The position numbers and the translations under genes are program-made. A DNA stretch of 63,432 nucleotides, filler included, from Craspedostauros australis (taxonomy: Eukaryota), in the NCBI GenBank assembly GCA_030167865.1. It is 5 parts of 5 records of this genome, joined end to end, with 100 filler letters (N's around TTAATTAATTAA, not from the genome) between each part and the next. Parts side by side here need not be neighbours in the genome. Positions count along the whole stretch, not along the records: positions 44,997 to 63,432 come from JALAGF010003616.1; 4 more parts are not named here. One strand, written 5' to 3'. Position 1 is the first letter of the stretch. Every line of letters begins with the position of its first letter. The notes below the pieces were generated by a model that saw only the letters and a list, made by a program, of their open reading frames with translations, had not been told where the DNA came from and ran no database searches. This document shows positions 56,548-63,432 of this stretch, piece after piece.

Positions 56548-58185
56548 TCACGTCGCGATCTCCGAAATGACGACGGCGCTTTCGGCATGTCGCTTGGCCA
56601 GAATCGTGACACCGCCCGACGCCTCGGCCACGATCCCGATGGCCTGTCGCACCGACAAACACGCCGCCGGCACGTTGTTGATGGCGAGGACGTGATCGTC
56701 GGAATTGAGCGTGGAGTAGGCGAAGGGGCTCTGCGGTCGCACGCATCCCAAGCGCAGGCGGTTGCCGCGGCTGTTGAAGACGATGCCGATTTTGGAACGC
56801 GGCGTCAATTTGGCGGCCATGGCCTGCGTGTAGTTGGGATCGCCGTCGGGGTTGGAGGCGACGATGTGCAGCAACCCGACGGTGTTCTTGAGAATCTTGA
56901 CGCCGGTCGTCGTGCTGACGCGGGGGCAGCTTCTGTTGTTGATCGACAGGATGTGCATGCCTGGTCGCAGCGGTGACGTGAAGAGGAGGCCGCTGGGGCG
57001 GATGTCCGTAATTCGCAGTCTGCCGTCGATGGATTTGATCATGATGCCCAGCTTGGTGGAATGCGTGAGCTTGCGCAGCGTGACGCTGACGTACATGGGC
57101 TCGTGGCCTTCCCAGCAGTGGCTGAGGTCGGGGTCGAAGTCCAGCGACCGCTGCGTCGCGGTGGTGGGACTCGGCGCCATGGGGATGTTGCGAAAGCTCC
57201 TCGATTGGTCCATCAGTTGTATCTGGCGCGACGGGACGGTGGAGACGTCTGGCTGGTTGGAGGCGGACAGCAGCAGGGTGACCGCATCTGGCTCCGCAAC
57301 GACCATCGCCGTCGCTGTGGAAGCCAAGGCGCCGTGGCACTCCAGACCGTTGATGGCAAGCACGAAGTCCCCCTCCGTGATGAGGCTCTCGGCTCCGATG
57401 GCACCATCTGGATTGGTTCTGCTGATCTGCAGAGCGCCGTCCGTAACACCGAAACGAATGCCCAGACGAGCCTCCGGTGTTCGCTTGTACACGCACACGA
57501 GATTCTTCTGAGGATCGCCGTTGGGCGGCTCCGCCATGATGAGGATGTATTCGGTGAGCGTCTGCAGGACCTTCGCACCTTGCCATCCGTTGAGCGACCT
57601 GCACGGCATGCCGTTGATGGAGGTGATAATATCGCCAGGCCGCAGGGGCGACAAGGCCAACAGTCCGTGCGGTCGGATGGACTCGACGCTGAGACAACCT
57701 TCCACGGATTCAAGAACTATGCCGAGCTTGGTGTTGATGTCTGGCTTGTGCACGCGAACCTGAATGAAGCCGGGACGTCGCTGGGCTGGCTTCGCTGCGG
57801 AAGGTTGATCCGTGCTCTGATTCGAGGGGCTGACATCCCATCCGGCGCCGTCGCCTGTGGGGGACAGCGGCCACGCGGCGACCTGAGCAGTTCCCACGGC
57901 CTCGTCCACTTCGCTGCCACGATGGGCCGGCAGGACTGGATCCCGTTCGGCCTGTGCGGTGGGCAGAGACTGAACGTAGGACTCCGTGCGTCGCAGGTGC
58001 TGCGCTACATGGTCCGATGATGGATCATCGTCTGAGTCGAGGTCGGAGTGGAGGGAGCTGCGGCTGTCATTCCAGCTGCTGCTGCTGCTGTGGTTGCGAC
58101 CATTGTCATTGTGAGTGTCCTCAAGGGGTGCACTTGGCGCCAACATGATGTTGTCCGGCTGCCACAGAGGAACGACCGTTGTCAT
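56548..58185 (-). CDS. Multi-PDZ protein (four PDZ-like domains in two tandem pairs)
   Basis: Four K....(K/R)(L/I)GI.(L/F/I) loops, each followed by (G/D)(D/M).(I/V).(S/A)IN(G/N). The two pairs resemble each other (AEPPNGDP vs ASNPDGDP linkers). Confidence 0.85.
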   Translation of the reverse strand: MTTVVPLWQPDNIMLAPSAPLEDTHNDNGRNHSSSSSWNDSRSSLHSDLDSDDDPSSDHVAQHLRRTESYVQSLPTAQAERDPVLPAHRGSEVDEAVGTAQVAAWPLSPTGDGAGWDVSPSNQSTDQPSAAKPAQRRPGFIQVRVHKPDINTKLGIVLESVEGCLSVESIRPHGLLALSPLRPGDIITSINGMPCRSLNGWQGAKVLQTLTEYILIMAEPPNGDPQKNLVCVYKRTPEARLGIRFGVTDGALQISRTNPDGAIGAESLITEGDFVLAINGLECHGALASTATAMVVAEPDAVTLLLSASNQPDVSTVPSRQIQLMDQSRSFRNIPMAPSPTTATQRSLDFDPDLSHCWEGHEPMYVSVTLRKLTHSTKLGIMIKSIDGRLRITDIRPSGLLFTSPLRPGMHILSINNRSCPRVSTTTGVKILKNTVGLLHIVASNPDGDPNYTQAMAAKLTPRSKIGIVFNSRGNRLRLGCVRPQSPFAYSTLNSDDHVLAINNVPAACLSVRQAIGIVAEASGGVTILAKRHAESAVVISEIAT

Positions 58186-58287
58186 GATGTCGATGTTGTC
58201 TGTGATGTTGTTACTGGTGATGTTGATGCTGTTGCTGTCGGCAATGCGAAGGATACGAGAGGCGAATTGTAAGCTTCTCGTTCGTCC

Positions 58288-58312
58288 AGAGAGAGAGAGA
58301 GAGAGAGAGAGA
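58288..58312. repeat. (AG)12 microsatellite upstream of the PDZ gene
   Basis: Read directly from the sequence. Confidence 0.9.
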
Positions 58313-59404
58313 TCGTTCCAGAACACCCACTCAGGTGCGTGAAGATGCGCTTTGGGGATAGCAGATTCCTCAGGTTCTGGTTTGGGCCGAAGAGGTCGGC
58401 TATTGGGTTTGTGGTGTCGCGCAGACCCGCTCTCTTTGCCGCCGGGGTTGGATTGATCGTCAACCCTGACCACTCGCACGCAGGAACAGACGCGCCTCTG
58501 GAATCTCCACTCTCTCCACACCTCTCTTTGGATGGGATGCAGATGCCGTTCTGTGAGCGTATCTGTCCTCGCTGTCTCTTTGCATGATGCTCACCTCGTG
58601 CCTCTTCATCTTCGTTGGGGTGGATCCATGAGCAAGTGAGTTCAATCGTGCTGTTCCAACAGGCAGAGCAGGCACACAGAAAAAAGAACGGCACAAACGT
58701 GACCGCGCGTGCTGGACTCCTGCAACCGTTATTTTCATCTTTCTCGTCTTCGTTTGTTGACATTGATGTTGTGCGTTTCTGGTCATCGATCCAATGAATC
58801 GAGTCGTGATGGTTTTCGTCAGTCCAATGAGACAATTCACGACTACAGTGTGGTCGCATGGGTCGGATACCATACAGGCGAATGCCAATTTTCTTGTCTC
58901 TCGTTTGGCACGCGTCTTTGTTCTCGATCGTGTGAAATTCGCGGTGTTGTCGCGTGTTGGTGGCAACCGTTTCGTTCGGCCATTTCTCTTGGTTTTGTGG
59001 CACCATCGTGCACACGTGATGGGTGGAAGATGCAGTCACACAAGAGAAGACAGGCATCGGCAAACGTCCGATTGGATGGAGTTTGTGGTGACCAGTGTAG
59101 AATACTACTACGAGCGGAATACCGGTGGAGTAGTCGTCACTCGTTGCCTGGGAATGAAGGACCTCCTCTCTGCATCGCACAAGTGCCATCCTTCCACTGG
59201 TGCTATACTTCCATCCTGTCATCATTTGCAACACTCCGCTCTCCTTCGCAACACTTGACATTGTCAAGGCAGCAGCCCGGACTTGACCCATACTATACGT
59301 ATCATCCGTATCATAGGCAACGATCTGCTGCCTAGCTCGGACTCTACGTACACCAGAGAGATTCTCTAGTGCTTATTATTATATATTGTATTCTACAACG
59401 AATA

Positions 59405-60733
59405 ATGGCTCCCAAAGAATGCTTGGACGGCGACTCGACGACCATCAGCGCTGACGATGTGGCGGAGACTGCTCCGTTGACGCATTTCGTGGCTGCAACG
59501 ATCATCCCAGAGCCAACTTCGGAGCTTCGCAGGCCAAGGAGGCAATCCGCACGGTCGTGGGGGCTGCGTCTTTCCATCCTTCTCGCGCTGTCATTGCTCG
59601 TGAACATTGTGCTGTCAGCATACTTCGTGACGCAACGGACGGTGCTGAAGCGAGATGGAAGAGTCAGTGCAGATCAATCATCATCGTCGTCGTCATCGTC
59701 ATCGAACAGCACGGTGTCATGGCGACCACTGCCAGACCGCCGATCCACGATCACGAAGATCGTCTTCGGCAGCTGCGCCGATCAGAATTACCCACAGACG
59801 CACTGGGACACGGTGGCCAAGGAATCGCCGGATCTCCTGCTCCTCATGGGCGACAACGTCTACGGCAACTGCGACGATGCGCAATGCACGACGCTGCAGC
59901 AAGCCTATGCCAACTGGTCCGATCACGCCGCCTTTCAAGGCCTGGCGCAGTCCACGCCCATCCTCGCGACGCTCGATGATCACGACTACGGCCGCAGCAA
60001 CGCCGGTGCCGACAATCCCTACAAGGACGTGGCCAAGCATCTCTTCCTCGATTTCTTTGATATTCATGACGCGCGGCGCACGCGGCACAATGACGGCGTC
60101 TATCAGAAGTACCTCTTCGGTCCCGATCCCCAATCGACCGTGCAGATCGTGATGTTGGACACGCGGTATGCCAAGAGTTCCTTTGCGGAGACGGCGCGGA
60201 ATGAGACGCAACGGCAAATACTGTCGCCACGACAATGGACATGGCTCGAGGAGGCCTTGCAGGTGCCGGCCAAAGTGCGCATCATCGTCACGTCGTACCA
60301 GGCCTTGAACGGCGTGACGCCCTTTGAGAGCTGGCGGCATATTCCGAGCGAGTTCGATCGACTGCACCAACTGCTGAAACGCGAGCAAGACAACAGCCTC
60401 GTGCTGCTGCTGTCGGGCGACCGCCACGTCGGTGGATTCTACGGATACGATGGTCTGTTTGAAATCACGGCGTCATCGTGGACCCATACCATCGCGTTGG
60501 ATGCCTTTGACGAGAACTGCCACACGGCGCAGGACTGCGATGAGGTCGACGATCGGCGGTGGAATGACTTTGTGCGCGTCAATCATTACGGCGTGCTGGA
60601 GTTGGATTGGGAGGCCGGTGTCGTGCAAGGGTCCTTGCGACGTGTCGACATGTCGCCGCAGTATCGGTATCGCAGTGGTTTGCGGCAGGAAGCAGGGCAT
60701 GTGCTGCAGGAGTACAGTTACGCGATTCCGTGA
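59405..60733 (+). CDS. phoD: PhoD-like alkaline phosphatase/phosphodiesterase, type II membrane-anchored
   Basis: FGSC, LLMGDNVY, DDHDYG, LDTRY, QWTWLE, ESW and LLSGDRH; N-terminal TM LSILLALSLLVNIVLSAYFV. Confidence 0.88.
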   Translation: MAPKECLDGDSTTISADDVAETAPLTHFVAATIIPEPTSELRRPRRQSARSWGLRLSILLALSLLVNIVLSAYFVTQRTVLKRDGRVSADQSSSSSSSSSNSTVSWRPLPDRRSTITKIVFGSCADQNYPQTHWDTVAKESPDLLLLMGDNVYGNCDDAQCTTLQQAYANWSDHAAFQGLAQSTPILATLDDHDYGRSNAGADNPYKDVAKHLFLDFFDIHDARRTRHNDGVYQKYLFGPDPQSTVQIVMLDTRYAKSSFAETARNETQRQILSPRQWTWLEEALQVPAKVRIIVTSYQALNGVTPFESWRHIPSEFDRLHQLLKREQDNSLVLLLSGDRHVGGFYGYDGLFEITASSWTHTIALDAFDENCHTAQDCDEVDDRRWNDFVRVNHYGVLELDWEAGVVQGSLRRVDMSPQYRYRSGLRQEAGHVLQEYSYAIP

Positions 60734-60952
60734 GCGGGGGGCGTACTAGTACTATTTTTGTGCTCGAGGTGTGTTGGTATTCATTCTTTGGAGAGACCAA
60801 CTCGACTGCTCTGCTCAGTGTACATAAAGTAAACGTCATGCGATGCAATACGGCGTAACTCTTTGCGGCTCGAAAGTTGAAGAGGAAACGATTCATCGGC
60901 CAGAGACGAAAATACTCGACTTTACTATATTCCAATGTATGGTGCTCAGAGT

Positions 60953-61513
60953 TCATTTCGTGGTAGTGTTGGACAACGCCGCCATGGCATTCTTCACAGC
61001 ATTCGCGAAATCTGTCTTTTCTTGTAACGTCAATGCGACCGGCGCCTTACTGCTTGTGGCTTGCAAGGAGGACGTCAACGATTCCAACGTCTGCGTCGCA
61101 ATCTGCAGGAGTGCCACTTCGGGCCCACGAAAGTTGGGATCGTCTGTCACCACTTCTGTCGTCGCTGCCGTCGTCGCTGCAACTGGCGGTGGATTGCGCG
61201 AGAATACGCCATACTGCTTGGCCTCCGAATCTCGGCTCCTCTGCCGACTTTCCCATCCCGCGGGCAACGATTGCGATGCGCTGCTGGCAACGTGCGTCGT
61301 TGTTGAGATCTTGGACAGATAAAAGTCCCGCACCTGATCGCTGGATTTGTAAGTCCCGGACGTGTCGTCGGCGTAAGCATTATTCGTTGGCATCACCGTG
61401 TCCTTCTTGGCAAACTTGGTGGCCGCCATGCCACCCAGCTTCATGTCGTGTTCCGACATTTGATTGTTGCGGTCGCCCCATCCCAGCGGCAGGGCGTCGT
61501 TGTTGGCGCTCAT
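60953..61513 (-). CDS. Hypothetical 186-aa protein
   Basis: ATG at 61513 after an AAC-rich leader; convergent with the phoD-like gene; no recognised domain. Confidence 0.55.
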   Translation of the reverse strand: MSANNDALPLGWGDRNNQMSEHDMKLGGMAATKFAKKDTVMPTNNAYADDTSGTYKSSDQVRDFYLSKISTTTHVASSASQSLPAGWESRQRSRDSEAKQYGVFSRNPPPVAATTAATTEVVTDDPNFRGPEVALLQIATQTLESLTSSLQATSSKAPVALTLQEKTDFANAVKNAMAALSNTTTK

Positions 61514-62715
61514 TCTTGTTCGTCGGTGGTTGTTCTTGTTCTTAGCGGTGCGTTTTGCAGCATTCTTTGTGGAGTATTCTACTATGCGTGTTGTGTCGTT
61601 GTCGTCCACGCACTGAATGAATGAACAAAGGTGTCTTTGTCCCAGCTTTCTGTGAGGGCGGTTTCGTTGAGGTTTTGGTTCCACGTGGAAGGTAGTTTGT
61701 CAAGAATGAATGCCCAGAATTTGGCACGCGTTTTAACCAACAACACCCGAAACAACGAATCTCCGATTTTGCACAGGATCCATCAAACAACATCAACACA
61801 ACACAAGAGAGAGTGAGAAAGATGAAATGGCATGACTAGGTTTATATTGGTAGAGATATCAGCCAGCACTGAGACATTGTCCATCAAGCAAAAAAAGAAT
61901 GAAGAAATGAAGCAATCAGGCAAGCGGTGGCTGCGCAAAATACGGCACGCCAACCACAGCCAACGAAGGCGACCATGGCAAGAGACAATGATGATGCTGG
62001 TGATGCTGATGCCAATGATGAATGGCAAGCAGTGACAACCAGCAATCTCAAATGCATTGCATCACTCAGCGACATCAGAAAGGAAGAAATCAAACCAACT
62101 GCTCAGATGTAGAGAAGATCTTAGGACATGGACAATGGTAGTGCCATGTTGGAATGTGTGTACTTGGATGTGTATGCATCAGTCACACTTGCGTGCCAGC
62201 AGGAATATTTGTTGGTGCAATCATGCCCCCAAAAATGATGACATCACAACGATACCACCACGATACCACAAGAATACCGTGATACCAGCAGATACCACAG
62301 TATCCACCACATGTGATGTCATCTCAAGGCCTTACCTACCAGGTCTACAGAGAATGAAATATGTTTTAAATAGTCCATCAGATTCCATCAATCATCAGAT
62401 TCAACAAAACCCAAGAATGGAACAACAATGAGACAACAAGACAACAACCAGATCAACGACAACAAAGGCAACATCAACGAGCAACAAGAAGAGCAATGTA
62501 CATGGAGGTGCAAGAGTATTGCACCAGCAATGAGAGCAAGGAAGAGATGAATCAAGAGAGCATCTTGATCATCTCATTCCACATGCACGCTCATCAACAA
62601 TCAGTAACAACTACAGTAACAAGTAACAGAAACACTTACAGCCAAAGAGTGTTACAACTACTGATTCTCTGTGCGCGGAGCCTTCCAACAGCGCCAACAA
62701 CAGAACCAATTGTGT

Positions 62716-63330
62716 TGGATGTTGTTGGTGTTGTTGTTGTTGCTTTGGATGTTGGTGTTGTTGTTGTTGTTTTGGATGTCGACTTTGTTGTTGTTACTTT
62801 GGATGTTGTTGTTGTTGTTGTTGCTTTGGATGTTGATTTTGTTGTTGTTGCTTTGGATGTCGACTTTGTTGTTGTTGCTTTGGATGTCAATTTTGTTGTT
62901 GTTGCGTTGGAGGTTGGTGTTGTTGTTGTTGCTTTGGATGTTGATTTCGTTGTTGTTGCTTTGGATTTTGGTGTTGTTCTTGTTACTTTGGATGTCGATT
63001 TTGTTGTTGTTGCTTTGGATGTTGTTGTTGTTGTTGTTGCTTTGGATGTTGATTTTGTTGTTGTTGCTTTGGATGTCGACTTTGTTGTTGTTGCTTTGGA
63101 TGTCAATTTTGTTGTTGTTGCGTTGGAGGTTGGTGTTGTTGTTGTTACTTTGGATGTTGATTTCGTTGTTGTTGCTTTGGATGTCGGTTGTGTTGTTGTT
63201 GCTTTGGATGTTGTTGTTGTTGTTGTTGTTACTTTGGATGTCGATTGTGTTGTTGTTGCTTTGGATGTCGATTGTGTTGTTGTTGCTTTGGATGTCGATG
63301 TTGTTGTTGTTGCGTTGGATGTCGTTATTG
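62716..63330. repeat. 27-bp (GTT)-rich satellite, about 23 units, with a 216-bp higher-order duplication
   Basis: Unit ttggatgtYgaYtttgttgttgttgct; the variant order starting at 62772 recurs at 62988 (8 x 27 nt). Confidence 0.9.
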
Positions 63331-63432
63331 GCATTGGCTGATGCAACGACGTACTCCACACACTCCAGGTAGCCGTTGGAGCGTGCCTCATGAAGGGGAG
63401 TGGAACCAGAGTTGTTTTTGCAGTTGATGTCA

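Noticed and set aside
51894..60733. Bacterial contamination or a prokaryotic defence island (STAND ATPase, PDZ, PhoD)
   Set aside because: Long spacers with microsatellites, low-complexity inserts, no operon structure, and a diatom-type RXL mucin gene on the same contig.
61245..61272. WW domain suggested by LPAGWESRQ
   Set aside because: Lacks the downstream aromatic pair and the second W..P of WW domains.
62496..63372. Poly-Val and poly-Leu membrane-protein ORFs
   Set aside because: Products of the GTT-rich satellite; no evidence of coding.
1..63432. tRNA, rRNA, intact transposase or reverse transcriptase, telomeric repeats
   Set aside because: None recognised by eye; small ncRNAs cannot be excluded without tRNAscan-SE or Infernal.

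Overview
Eukaryotic nuclear DNA, most likely from a diatom. Evidence: GT-AG spliced genes, a bipartite plastid presequence with an ASAFAP-type cleavage site, several DUF6824-type proteins, and RXL-motif PS/PT-rich proteins. The window consists of five contigs joined by synthetic 100-nt spacers (N44-TTAATTAATTAA-N44), so gene order across spacers is unproven. Genes: two copies of a GPALPP1/DUF3752-like gene, a PAF-acetylhydrolase-like hydrolase, two membrane-anchored SET proteins, a sulfotransferase-like protein, a plastid class II DAHP synthase, a divergent importin-alpha fragment, four DUF6824 genes plus a fifth truncated one, a STAND/AAA_16 NTPase, a 4-PDZ protein, a PhoD-like phosphatase, and a few hypothetical proteins. 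Best candidates for new biology: (1) a secreted dumbbell protein with two homologous C-x5-C repeat domains on a PS rod; (2) a membrane protein with an IQ-like motif and a mucin-like repeat array; (3) a tandem convergent DUF6824 cassette homogenised only over the domain; (4) a three-copy dispersed repeat that forms an inverted-repeat element. All family calls come from motif recognition by eye; no database searches were run.
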